NCBI GenBank assembly: GCA_963710385.1
Contig: CAVQAB010000035.1
Span: forward strand, 8,238 to 72,237
Reading direction: 5' to 3'
Origin: an uncultured Bacteroidales bacterium
Lineage (GTDB): Bacteria; Bacteroidota; Bacteroidia; Bacteroidales; GCA-2748055
DNA length: 64,000 nt
The position numbers and the translations under genes were made by a program. Positions 20,170-30,211 of the stretch are shown piece by piece. Each line of letters starts with the position of its first letter. Position 1 is the first letter of the stretch. The notes beneath the pieces were generated by a model. It was not told the origin of the DNA. It made no database searches and saw only the letters and a program-made list of their open reading frames with translations.

Positions 20170-22263
20170 TCAGACTTGAGGGATGGAATATTTGTTCTTG
20201 AAATATTCATAGATGGATATCTGAGCCCTGATATCTGGACCTTTGGTTATGATGCGATTGTTGCTCAGACGTTCATCTATTTCACAGGCTTTTACATTGT
20301 CGGAAAGCTGAATATTCAGCACGTTCAGCAATTCCTTTTTGAGCTCCGGATCGTATACTGGAAATACACACTCTACCCTTCGCCGCAGATTACGTTTCAT
20401 CCAGTCGGCCGATCCCAGATAGACCTGGTGTTTCCCATTGTTCAGGAAAACAAATACCCTGGCATGTTCCAGGTATCTATCCACAATCCGTATCACCCTG
20501 ATGTTTTTACTGTATGGCTGTCCCGGCTTCAAGGTGCACACTCCCCTTACGATCAGGTCGATCTTAACACCTGCTTCACTGGCCCTGTAAAGACTGTCCA
20601 CCATCTCGCCGTCCTGTAAGCCATTCATCTTGAGGAGAATATATCCGATATTACCCGCCTTAACATTATCAATCTCCTGCTTAATCAGATTTAGAAAGGC
20701 TGGAACCATGTTAAATCCGGGAACAAGAATATGCTTAAACCTGGGTCTTACTTTCTGATTCTCAAGGTGTTTATAAAGGTCTTTTACCTCCTTCACCACT
20801 TCCGGATTTGAGGTAAACAAACCATGGTCGCAATAGAGGCGGGCAGTCTTTTCGTTAAAATTCCCGGTACCCAGATAGGCCTGGTCTCCATGTTTGGATC
20901 CTTTTCTCCTGATTACCAATGCAATTTTTGCATGCACCTTCAATTTGGGAAAGCTGTAAATGATCCGGATGCCTGCCTTGGTCATCTCGTTGGCCCATTT
21001 CAGGTTGGCTTCTTCATCAAACCTGGCTTTTAACTCCACGAAAACGGTCACTTTCTTTCCATTTTCAGCAGCATCAATCAGCGAATTCACCACCACTGAA
21101 TGATCGGAAACCCTGTATTGGGTGGTCTTTATCTCCTTCACAGTGGGATCCGTGGAAGCCTCCCGCAGGAACCTGAGATAATGCTCAAAAGGCTGGTAGG
21201 GGACACTTAGCAGATAATCCTTCTTGCCAATCAGGGTTGAGATGGATTTCTTCAGGTTTGCCAGAGCCGGAATGGGAATAGGGGGGAGGCTTTCGATTTC
21301 CAGTTTTGGATAGACCGGATTTGGAAAGCTGAAAAAATCCCTGAAATTATGACGACTGCCTCCCATCACCAGGAGGTCTTTTGAGATGTTGAGAGAAGTG
21401 GTCAGGTAATCCAGTAATTTTTCCGGCATGGATCTGTCATACTGGAAACGGTTTGGACTTCCCACAGACCTTACAGATCTGATCCTGTCAATGGCGTCGA
21501 TCAGATCCTCGCCTTCATAATCATCATATTCCATATCGGCATCCCGGGTAAGCTTTAAAGAGTACCAGTTCCGTACATTGTAACCGGGAAAGATGGCCTC
21601 AATATTTCTCATGATCACATCCTCCAGAAACATGATGTAATGGATGTCATTCTCACCAGGTAGTTCTACGAATCTGGAAATGTTATGATCTGTGGGAACC
21701 TTCACAATGCCGTAACGTTCCCTGTGTTTTTTGCCAGGGTTCTCCAGATTGACCATTTCCATGGCGATGTAGGGATGCCCGGTTTTCAGGAATGGACGTA
21801 CCTTCTTCTTCACCAGGAGTACGGGTTCAATGGAGGTAAGGATGTTGGAATAGAAAATATCTCTGATGAAGTTCAGCTGCTCTTCTGATAATTGGTCCTC
21901 TTCACCCACCACGATGATGTTATTCTTTCTCAGCTCGGGAAGGATTTCATCTTCAAAGATCAGATGAAAAATGGATTGTTGATTGGTAACGATCTCATTG
22001 ATATGGCGAATGGTACCTGCAGGATCCACGATCCGGAAATGCTGACGCGGAAATTCACTTTCGTGACGCAGCATGTGCTTGTAATAACTCACCCTGACCT
22101 GGTAAAACTCTTCGGTATTATTGGAATAGATGGCAAGGAATTTTATCCTTTCATAAAGGGGGAGCGTTTTATCCATGGCCTCCTGCAAAACCCTGAAGTT
22201 AAAAGAGAGCCAACTAATATCCCTGTTGAAGTATTCGTATTTGCCCATTAGTGTCCGTTCCAA
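20170..22263 (-). CDS. ppk1: Polyphosphate kinase 1
   Basis: Intact 697-aa ORF. It reads YFNRDISWLSFNFRVLQEA at the N-terminus and has two PLD-like HxK modules (KVHAKIALV; LGSADWMKRNL). Confidence 0.93.
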   Translation of the reverse strand: MERTLMGKYEYFNRDISWLSFNFRVLQEAMDKTLPLYERIKFLAIYSNNTEEFYQVRVSYYKHMLRHESEFPRQHFRIVDPAGTIRHINEIVTNQQSIFHLIFEDEILPELRKNNIIVVGEEDQLSEEQLNFIRDIFYSNILTSIEPVLLVKKKVRPFLKTGHPYIAMEMVNLENPGKKHRERYGIVKVPTDHNISRFVELPGENDIHYIMFLEDVIMRNIEAIFPGYNVRNWYSLKLTRDADMEYDDYEGEDLIDAIDRIRSVRSVGSPNRFQYDRSMPEKLLDYLTTSLNISKDLLVMGGSRHNFRDFFSFPNPVYPKLEIESLPPIPIPALANLKKSISTLIGKKDYLLSVPYQPFEHYLRFLREASTDPTVKEIKTTQYRVSDHSVVVNSLIDAAENGKKVTVFVELKARFDEEANLKWANEMTKAGIRIIYSFPKLKVHAKIALVIRRKGSKHGDQAYLGTGNFNEKTARLYCDHGLFTSNPEVVKEVKDLYKHLENQKVRPRFKHILVPGFNMVPAFLNLIKQEIDNVKAGNIGYILLKMNGLQDGEMVDSLYRASEAGVKIDLIVRGVCTLKPGQPYSKNIRVIRIVDRYLEHARVFVFLNNGKHQVYLGSADWMKRNLRRRVECVFPVYDPELKKELLNVLNIQLSDNVKACEIDERLSNNRIITKGPDIRAQISIYEYFKNKYSIPQV

Positions 22264-22386
22264 CTACAAATGTAAGGATAGTTTCATAAAAGAGGGAGTG
22301 GGTTGCTGAATACCTGCCCAACAATACATCCAAGAGCTGTATTGAATGTTCCCAATTTTATTAAATTTAAAAAAAAATCCTAAAAC

Positions 22387-22827
22387 ATGGATATACTTTC
22401 TGATCCTGCAGTTATCTGGTTCCTCGTTGGACTGGGTTTACTGCTTCTGGAACTGATCCTTCCCGGATTGGTCATTCTTTTTTTTGGTATTGGTGCATGG
22501 GTGACTGCACTGGTTTGTGCCATCGCTGATATTCACCTTAACTGGCAGATTTTTATCTTCCTGGTGGCCTCACTGCTTGGACTTGTATTGCTACGCAAAT
22601 ACCTGAAGAGAAGGTTTTTCAGCAAGTCAGATAAAGAAACACAGGACCAGCTGGAAGAGTTTATAGGTCGAAATGCCAAGGCCATTGACCAATTCAAGGA
22701 TGGCACAGGCCTTGTTGAATTCAAAGGTACCCGCTGGACTGCCCGTAGCGATGAACCGGTTTCAAAGGGACAGTGGGTGACCATTTTGAGCAAAGAGAGC
22801 CTGACACTTAACGTAAAACCAAAATAA
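22387..22827 (+). CDS. NfeD-family membrane protein
   Basis: 146 aa with N-terminal TM helices and a C-terminal OB-fold-like tail (GLVEFKGTRWTARSDEPVSKGQWVTI). It lies immediately upstream of an SPFH gene. Confidence 0.8.
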   Translation: MDILSDPAVIWFLVGLGLLLLELILPGLVILFFGIGAWVTALVCAIADIHLNWQIFIFLVASLLGLVLLRKYLKRRFFSKSDKETQDQLEEFIGRNAKAIDQFKDGTGLVEFKGTRWTARSDEPVSKGQWVTILSKESLTLNVKPK

Positions 22828-22832
22828 TACAA

Positions 22833-23759
22833 ATGGAAACGAATGCCTTAACCATCGTGTATGCCGGATTAATACTTCTGGCACTTATCATACTTTTATC
22901 CTCTATCAAAGTTGTCCCGCAACGCAGGGCTTATATTGTGGAAAGATTAGGAAAATACCGCATCACTCTGATGGCAGGATTCAATATCATCGTTCCCTTC
23001 ATTGACAGAATTCGCTACAAGCATACGCTAAAAGAACAGGCCATCGACGTGGCCTCTCAAATATGTATTACCAGAGACAATATTTCGGTGGAAGTGGACG
23101 GGATCCTCTACCTGCAGGTTATAGATGCCATGAAAGCTTCCTACGGAATTGATCACTACCAGTTTGCCTCAATCCAGATTGCTCAGACCACCATGCGTAG
23201 TATCATCGGAAAGCTGGAGCTGGATAAAACCTTTGAAGAGAGGGAAACCATTAACAACAGCATTGTTTCAGCAGTGGATAAGGCCAGTGACCCCTGGGGT
23301 GTTAAGGTGACCCGATATGAGGTGAAGAATATTATCCCTCCTCAGAGTATCAAGGATGCCATGGAGAAGCAGATGCGTGCTGAGCGCGAAAAACGTGCTG
23401 TCATCGCAGAATCGGAAGGGGAGAAGCAGGCAAAGATCAATGTGGCTGAAGGATCCAAACAAGAGGCCATAAATGAATCAGAAGGAGAGATGCAAAAACG
23501 GATCAATGAAGCTACCGGGAAAGCATCGGAGATCGAGCAGGTGGCCATGGCCACTGCCAAAGGAATCAGGGCCATCGCCCTTGCCATCAATGAAAAGGGG
23601 GGTAAAGATGCAGTGAACCTGAGGATTGCTGAGCAATATCTCTTAGAATTTGGTAAACTGGCCAAGGAGTCCAATACAATGATCATGCCTTCAAACCTGG
23701 CTGATATCTCCAGCATCATAGCCACAGCAACCAAGGTGTTTGACGCCACGAAAGAGTAA
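22833..23759 (+). CDS. SPFH/Band-7 (stomatin/paraslipin-like) protein
   Basis: 308 aa with one N-terminal TM, an SPFH core (IKVVPQRRAYIVERLGKY...TRDNISVEVDGILYLQV) and an EA-rich coiled coil. Confidence 0.88.
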   Translation: METNALTIVYAGLILLALIILLSSIKVVPQRRAYIVERLGKYRITLMAGFNIIVPFIDRIRYKHTLKEQAIDVASQICITRDNISVEVDGILYLQVIDAMKASYGIDHYQFASIQIAQTTMRSIIGKLELDKTFEERETINNSIVSAVDKASDPWGVKVTRYEVKNIIPPQSIKDAMEKQMRAEREKRAVIAESEGEKQAKINVAEGSKQEAINESEGEMQKRINEATGKASEIEQVAMATAKGIRAIALAINEKGGKDAVNLRIAEQYLLEFGKLAKESNTMIMPSNLADISSIIATATKVFDATKE

Positions 23760-23893
23760 GATTCACATCATCCCTCAGAGGTGTTATTCCTCAGGCTTGA
23801 GACCTTGTTGATATTTTCATTGACGTTTTAGCTCTGTAATTATGATTATAGTTATAATTTTGTTTCCTGAATTTCAGTGAGGAGATTGAGGAG

Positions 23894-25319
23894 TTGAATA
23901 AAATGAAAAGTTCTAATTACAGGTTACCCGCATTCTTTTTTGTTGTTTTATTGATTACTTCAAGCATCGTTCCTTTTGTAAAAGGAACCAAATCACTTGG
24001 AGGAAATAGTGGTCTGGAAACACTGCCTGCATTACAGTTAGATCATGTATTGCAGGAGGATCCCGAAATCCTTGGAAGTGAATAGACTTCCGGACCAACC
24101 GGCATTCAGAGATTTTATTGCATTTATGGAACAGGAGCTTGACAGCAGCCATACGGTGGGGGCCGCTTATACCATTGTCCACGAGGGTGATGTGGTATAT
24201 ACAGGTACGTTTGGGGAGAGGGAAACGGGAAGTAAAAAGATGGTGAATGAGCATACTTTGTTTAGACTTGCTTCTGTCTCTAAAGGATTCGCCGGCGCCC
24301 TGGCCTGCATACTGGAAATGGATGGTGCCTTTTCTCTGGATGAGCGAATAATTGATTACTATCCGAACTTCAGGTTAAAAGATTCCATAAATACGGTTAA
24401 CCTAACCATCCGGCATATTCTGAGTCATACCTCCGGATTGGTCCCTTATGCCTTTGATAATCTTGTAGAGGCTGATGAGGAGTTGCATACCATTGTTGAA
24501 CGTCTCCCTGAAGTGAATATTTCCGCTCCTCCGGGGGAATTGTACGGGTATCAGAATGTTCTGTTCAGCATGCTGGATCCCATTTCCAGAAGAGCAACAG
24601 GTGTTCCCTACCAGGTTTTATTGCAGGAAAAAATATTCAATCCTCTTGGGATGAAAGATGCGTCGGCCGGCCCTGTAAATCTTTCAGAGCAACCCAACAT
24701 GGCTTTTCCACATGTGAGGAAAGGTCGTGGTTATGTGACCTTGAATCCCCATGAAGGTTATTATAATGTAATGCCGGCAGCAGGTGTCAATGCGAGCATT
24801 TCGGATATGGGTCAATGGCTTATTGCTCTGCTAGGTTATAAACCAGAACAATTGCCAGAGGAGGTTCGAAATCAACTTGCCTCTCCCATTATTTACACCC
24901 CGTTAAAATCAAGATATACCCGCTTTTGGAAACCGTTCCGGGAAAGATACTATAGTTTGGGCTGGAGGATTTACAGGTATCAGGGGAGAGATATTATTTA
25001 TCATGGCGGATATATCCGTGGTTACAGGGCTGAAATCGGATTCTGCCCTGAAGAGAACGTGGGGATTGCCTTTCTCCAAAACTCCCCAAACGGTCTGGCT
25101 TCCCGGTGCGTACCCACCTTTATTGATCTCTTTTTTGAACAATTGGATGCGAACAGGGAGTTAGCCTTGGCAGAGGCCGGTTATGAAATGCTTGGTCTAA
25201 TACTGAATTTCAATTTGACTCTTCTTCTATGGCTGGCCCTTTACAGGACAGCATATTCACACCTGCATTTCGAAGTTCGGAAGGATGGACAGCATGAAAA
25301 TCCTTCAGATTATTACTAA
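23894..25319 (+). pseudogene. Serine hydrolase (class C beta-lactamase/PBP-like family) with one frame break and a foreign M23-like tail
   Basis: The signal-peptide ORF 23894..24085 joins 24045..25319 (LFRLASVSKGF = SxxK motif; HILSHTSGL). The last ~25 aa (YSHLHFEVRKDGQHENPSDYY) match the C-terminal HxH motif region of M23 peptidases. Confidence 0.75.
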
Positions 25320-25391
25320 AACAGTAAACCCAAATTCGTTTTGGTTGTTATAATCACGTAAATTCGTGAGAAATTTTAAAACCCAACCAGA

Positions 25392-26783
25392 ATGAACTTT
25401 GATCTTTTAGTTATTGGCAGCGGACCAGGAGGGTATGTGGCAGCCATACGTGCATCTCAACTTGGATTGAAAACCGCTGTGGTGGAGCGGGAATCTCTTG
25501 GTGGAATCTGTCTCAACTGGGGATGTATACCCACCAAATCTTTGCTAAAAAGTGCTCAGGTATATGAATATTTCCTGCATGCTGCTGATTACGGAATTGA
25601 ATTGGATGGATCGGTCAAACCCGATTTTCAAAAAGTAATAGGACGGAGTCGGACAGTGGCTGATGGCATGAGCAACGGGATCCAGTTTCTCTTCAAGAAA
25701 AATAAGATCGAAGTGATCAACGGCACCGGAAAACTAAAATCTCCGGGTGTTGTCACTGTAACCAGTGGAGATGGCTCAGAGACCGAGGTGACTGCGGACC
25801 ATATTATACTCGCCACTGGTGCACGCTCCAAAGAGCTTCCTAATTTGAAGCAGGACGGAAAGAAGATCATCGGATACAGGGAGGCCATGACCCTTGCTTC
25901 ACTTCCCAAATCCATGGTGGTGGTAGGTTCAGGAGCCATAGGAAGTGAATTTGCAAATTTTTACAACACCATGGGGACAGAGGTCACCCTGGTGGAATTC
26001 CTTCCCAATGTGGTCCCTCTTGAAGATGAAGAGGTTTCAAAGCAGCTTGAGCGATCATTCAAAAAAGCAAAAATGAAGGTGATGACCTCTTCTTCTGTGG
26101 AGTCCGTAGAAATATCGGGAGATCTGTGCAAGGTGAAAATCAAAACGCCCAAGGGAGAGACAGAGGTTGAGGCTGAAGTTGTGCTTTCTGCAGTTGGAAT
26201 TGCTCCAAATATTGAGAATATCGGGCTTGAAGAGGTGGGAGCGGAACTGGAAAATGGAAAGGTGAAAGTTGATTCTTTTTACAGGACCAATGTGAAAGGA
26301 TTGTATGCCATAGGAGATATCGTAGGAGGTCCTGCTCTGGCCCATGTGGCCTCTGCTGAAGGGATTACCTGTGTGGAGAAAATTGCCGGACATGATCCCC
26401 AACCAGTGGATTATGGCAATATACCTGCTTGTACCTATACCAATCCTGAAGTGGCATCGGTGGGCATGACTGAAAAAGCGGCAAAAGAGGCCGGATATGA
26501 ACTTAAAGTGGGCAAATTTCCATTTTCTGCATCAGGAAAAGCTTCAGCTGCAGGAGCAAAAGAGGGTTTTGTTAAACTGGTATTTGATGCAAAATATGGC
26601 GAATTGCTGGGCGCCCATCTGATCGGAGCCAATGTTACTGAAATAATTGCAGAGCTTGTGATGGCCCGGAAACTGGAGACCACGGGTGAAGAGATCATCA
26701 AAGCTGTCCATCCCCATCCAACCATGTCCGAAGCTGTCATGGAAGCCGCAGCAGCGGCCTATGGTGAGGTCATTCATATATAG
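25392..26783 (+). CDS. lpdA: Dihydrolipoyl dehydrogenase (E3)
   Basis: 463 aa with GSGPGGYVAAIRA FAD-binding, the redox CLNWGCIPTK disulfide and the HPHPTMSE dimer-interface motif. Confidence 0.93.
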   Translation: MNFDLLVIGSGPGGYVAAIRASQLGLKTAVVERESLGGICLNWGCIPTKSLLKSAQVYEYFLHAADYGIELDGSVKPDFQKVIGRSRTVADGMSNGIQFLFKKNKIEVINGTGKLKSPGVVTVTSGDGSETEVTADHIILATGARSKELPNLKQDGKKIIGYREAMTLASLPKSMVVVGSGAIGSEFANFYNTMGTEVTLVEFLPNVVPLEDEEVSKQLERSFKKAKMKVMTSSSVESVEISGDLCKVKIKTPKGETEVEAEVVLSAVGIAPNIENIGLEEVGAELENGKVKVDSFYRTNVKGLYAIGDIVGGPALAHVASAEGITCVEKIAGHDPQPVDYGNIPACTYTNPEVASVGMTEKAAKEAGYELKVGKFPFSASGKASAAGAKEGFVKLVFDAKYGELLGAHLIGANVTEIIAELVMARKLETTGEEIIKAVHPHPTMSEAVMEAAAAAYGEVIHI

Positions 26784-26949
26784 AAGTACGTTCGTTATAG
26801 TTCTCAACTCCATTTGCGTTTGGTGAAATATAAAGGGTTGTCACCAATGAGGCAACTCCTTTCTAATTTCATTAAGATTTTGGCCTGAGTTTTGAAGAGG
26901 ATAAAGGGATATGAATTGAATGCATTTTTACCCCCAAATTCCTTAAGTT

Positions 26950-27312
26950 ATGAAAACCCAGATTATTCGATTTTCCGCAGTTCTGATGTCGTTTGCTATG
27001 CTCACAGCATCAATTCTGAGTTGCAGCAGTACAACCATGATCAGTACAATCCCAGAGGGAGCTAAAGTCTATATGAATGACGAATTTAAAGGCGTCACAC
27101 CCTACAAACACTCGGATACATCCATATCCGGTACAAATACCTCCATGGTGCTGAAGCGAGAGGGATACGAGGATTTTTACACCACCTTAAGCAAGAATGA
27201 AGCAGTTGATGTGGGTGCTGTTATAGGTGGAGTGTTCTTCCTTTTTCCTTTTATTTGGACCATGGGATACAATCCATCACACACCTATGAATTATATCCC
27301 ATTGAACCCTAA
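26950..27312 (+). CDS. PEGA-domain lipoprotein
   Basis: 120 aa with a lipobox (ILSC), a PEGAKVYMNDEFKGVTPY PEGA motif and a C-terminal TM. Confidence 0.7.
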   Translation: MKTQIIRFSAVLMSFAMLTASILSCSSTTMISTIPEGAKVYMNDEFKGVTPYKHSDTSISGTNTSMVLKREGYEDFYTTLSKNEAVDVGAVIGGVFFLFPFIWTMGYNPSHTYELYPIEP

Positions 27313-27336
27313 GAGGTACTTTTTTGAAATTTCAAG

Positions 27337-27367
27337 AGGAGGCTGTCTGTCAAGGATAGCCTCTTTT
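27337..27367 (+). terminator. Hairpin terminator after the PEGA gene (between convergent genes)
   Basis: An 8-bp stem pairs 27337-27344 with 27358-27365 (AGGAGGCT/AGCCTCTT, one G-U), followed by a T-run. Confidence 0.5.
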
Positions 27368-27411
27368 GGCTTAAGTATAAATCCCCGGACTGAATCCTGT
27401 GATTGGGAGAT

Positions 27412-28782
27412 TTACGGTTTGTATGGTTCTCTCATCTCACGGATGTAGAGATTGTTTGCGGCCACGTCTTCTAACACTCTGCCCCTATTTGGATCCCATG
27501 TGACTTCCCGTTTTGATCTAATGGCAATATCTCCCATATGGCTGATGGTATCGGAAATGATGGCGTCTTCAAGCGGACATGTTTCTTCCCGTATACCCCG
27601 GGCTACATCCAGAAACATCTGACCCATGGTGTTCTCTTCACTTATGATCTGACCCGTGTCTGTTTTTGGAAAATCATTTAGTTTTTTATTCAATTTGGGA
27701 ATATCTGATTCTGCTGAGCTCCGGCTTATGGAAATCCAGCCTTTGGTTCCATAAAAGGTGGTTCCGTTACTCTCTTTCATTGTCCGGTGATTTAGCATCT
27801 CTTTCTCAGCCCGATCTGTACTTAAGAAATGAACACCCAGACCATTTTTATAACTGTAGTCGACATCCCAGGAGAAGATATTATCATACATTCCTCCCTC
27901 TGACCAAAACATTCCTGTCCCTTTGGCGGAGTAGGTTCCATTCACCTTATCTTTTATACCCCAAACAAGGACATCCAATGGATGTGCACCCCATCCGGCA
28001 AGGAACCCAATGCTGTAATCGTACTGAAACCAGGAACTATTATTTGTCACCCGATCCGGACAATAGCTATTCAATGGTGCCGGTCCGCTCCACCTTTCAA
28101 AATCAAAATCTTCCGGAACCGGAACCTCCTTGCAGATGGGAGAGTTTACAGGATTCTTCCCGGGAGCCCATACGTCCACATGCTCAATTTCTCCGATTTT
28201 TCCTTCTTTGATCAGATCAATACCCAGTTCCATATGTTTCATGGATCGCTGTTGGGTGCCATAGTGGAAATGCACATTGTTCTTTTTCAATTCATTCTGC
28301 AGGATCAGGTAATTGGGATAGCTCAAACCCAAAGGTTTTGCCAGCATGATATGTTTTCCGGCCCTTGCTGCCTTGATGGCTCCAAGAACATGCCAGTGGT
28401 CAGAAGTTGTGATATGCACGGCATCGATCTCATCGCGCATCAAAACCTCCTCATAATCCAGGTATGGGTTGCACTGGGGAGCGGAAATCCCATTCGCCTT
28501 GTAATGGGATTGGATGAGTTCAACACCCGATTCCATTCTTTGGCGGAAAACATCACAGACCGCAACCGAACGGGATGCGTCCAGTTTCAGAAAGTAGTTT
28601 TTTAACTCATTGGTACCTCTCTGTCCCACCCCGATATGACCAATTAACACTCTGTCATTGGCCCCTTTCCATTTTACAGAGGAAGGCAATATGGTGGGAG
28701 CAAGTAAAACCCCTCCCATACCAGTGGCTGATTTTTTAATGAAATCTCTTCGGTTCAGACTCTTTGGATTCGCGGGTTTCAT
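27412..28782 (-). CDS. Gfo/Idh/MocA-family oxidoreductase with Tat signal
   Basis: 456 aa with a twin-arginine leader (NRRDFIKKSATGMGGVLLA) and a Rossmann N-domain (IGHIGVGQRG). Confidence 0.85.
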   Translation of the reverse strand: MKPANPKSLNRRDFIKKSATGMGGVLLAPTILPSSVKWKGANDRVLIGHIGVGQRGTNELKNYFLKLDASRSVAVCDVFRQRMESGVELIQSHYKANGISAPQCNPYLDYEEVLMRDEIDAVHITTSDHWHVLGAIKAARAGKHIMLAKPLGLSYPNYLILQNELKKNNVHFHYGTQQRSMKHMELGIDLIKEGKIGEIEHVDVWAPGKNPVNSPICKEVPVPEDFDFERWSGPAPLNSYCPDRVTNNSSWFQYDYSIGFLAGWGAHPLDVLVWGIKDKVNGTYSAKGTGMFWSEGGMYDNIFSWDVDYSYKNGLGVHFLSTDRAEKEMLNHRTMKESNGTTFYGTKGWISISRSSAESDIPKLNKKLNDFPKTDTGQIISEENTMGQMFLDVARGIREETCPLEDAIISDTISHMGDIAIRSKREVTWDPNRGRVLEDVAANNLYIREMREPYKP

Positions 28783-28876
28783 TTTAGCTTGGAGTTATTA
28801 TTTCAAAAATATATATATGGTAACCCACAATTTACCAATAAATTATTTAACCTAAAATCCAAACGGGTGAATGGTT

Positions 28877-28912
28877 CAAAAACAAGAGGCCGCCCTGAAA
28901 GGACAGCCTCTT
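28877..28912 (-). terminator. Intrinsic terminator of the serpin gene
   Basis: On the minus strand the sequence reads AAGAGGC-15 nt-GCCUCUU followed by GUUUUUG. Confidence 0.6.
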
Positions 28913-28920
28913 TACAAACA

Positions 28921-28956
28921 CACTAACCACTAACCACTAAACACTAACAAACTAAC
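28921..28956. repeat. CACTAAC heptamer repeat (5 copies, 3 in perfect tandem; a sixth at 28978-28984)
   Basis: Read directly: CACTAAC CACTAAC CACTAAA CACTAAC AAACTAAC. It lies in the 3' UTR of the serpin gene (GUUAGUG on the mRNA strand). Confidence 0.8.
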
Positions 28957-28979
28957 CCCAAATTCCTAAGCACTTGGCA

Positions 28980-30211
28980 CTAACCATCATAAGCTGGTTC
29001 CGTTACTTTTCCTATGAACAAAATCGATTTGCTGGAATTCTCTGTGATGGCAAAAAGGAAGGGGCGGTCGAGCCGGATGAAAGATGGAGGTCCGGCCGAT
29101 GTGACTTCAAACACAATGGCTGTTACTGCAGCAGCTTCAGTTCCCTCTTCATTCACATCGATATAGGTCTTGTGAATCACATCAGAGATAAGTAAATCAA
29201 TGGGACTTATACCTGAGAAATCGGCTTCCGTGGTGAAATGCAATCTCCAGACCCATAAGCTTCAGGTCTTCTGCCAGAGAGCGCTCGAATTCAAATTTGA
29301 ATTTTGGCATGTTCACATTAAAGTCTTCCATTTCAGCAAATGAATCAAGCCAGCTCTTCCAGGAATCCGCATCCAATTGAGCTACCAGCTCATCCACTGT
29401 GGTCGTTTCTGAAGGAAGGAACAGGTACATACTGAATTTCCCATTTTTATAGGGAAGCTCCACTGCACTGAATTCTTCCGTAAATGCTACATCGAAGGTG
29501 CTTTCCAGATGCATCATATCCACCTGTCCCCAGACCTGTCCCTCTTCTGTATAGAAAGGAGCCTCGTTGGTATCTTTGGGATCAAATTCGACGTCCCAAA
29601 CACAATTGAAGTAGATGGCATTGATGAGGATCATCATCGTGGCAGGATCGATGGCATCAATGATTTCATCTATTTTCCCATGGGTTTTGTCGCTCACCCA
29701 GTCGTTGATGGTATTCACCGCTTCGGCGGTCCTGAAGTCAATTTCCCGTCACCTCTGCATCATAATAATTGGAATTCAGGTCAATAAAATCCTGTTCCAC
29801 CGGAAATCCTTTGTCATACCACATGGAATTTGCGATCTCCAGAAGGTTGCCTTTCACATTGGTTACCAGCACACTGATAAGCTCTTTTGTGATCTCATTG
29901 ATCTCTTGCCGGGTGAGCCCCTCATAATTAAGCACCTGCTTCAAAGGCATCCCGGGTGGTTGTTTCTGCACCATTGTATGCCATGCCCAGGGCAATGCTA
30001 ACCGATGCGGGGGAGATCATGATATTGGGTTCCTCGTCACCTGCAATGACTGTTCTCAGAAGCTCGAGTCCAAATTCATTGTTGGTTTCAATGACCTTGG
30101 CTGATTTCAGGTTGTAATCAAATACCGGATCATCTATGTTCTGACTGCACCCTGTGCCAAGAAATGGTTAGAGCTAGCAATGAGTAATCTTGTATATGCT
30201 ATTGTTTTCAT
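28980..30211 (-). pseudogene. Serpin (serine protease inhibitor) lipoprotein; multiply frame-broken
   Basis: Collinear fragments start at 30211 (MKTIAYTRLL...; lipobox LGTGC in a shifted frame). They continue with NIMISPASVSIALGMAYNGA, 29738..29995, 29197..29718 and 28980..29243. The last fragment has the hinge/RCL EEGTEAAAVTAIVFEVTS and DRPFLFAI. There are at least 4 breaks. Confidence 0.8.

Noticed and set aside
27666-28605. ORFs 27666..28211 and 27982..28605 (+)
   Set aside because: They are antisense shadows of the intact Tat-signal Gfo/Idh/MocA oxidoreductase.
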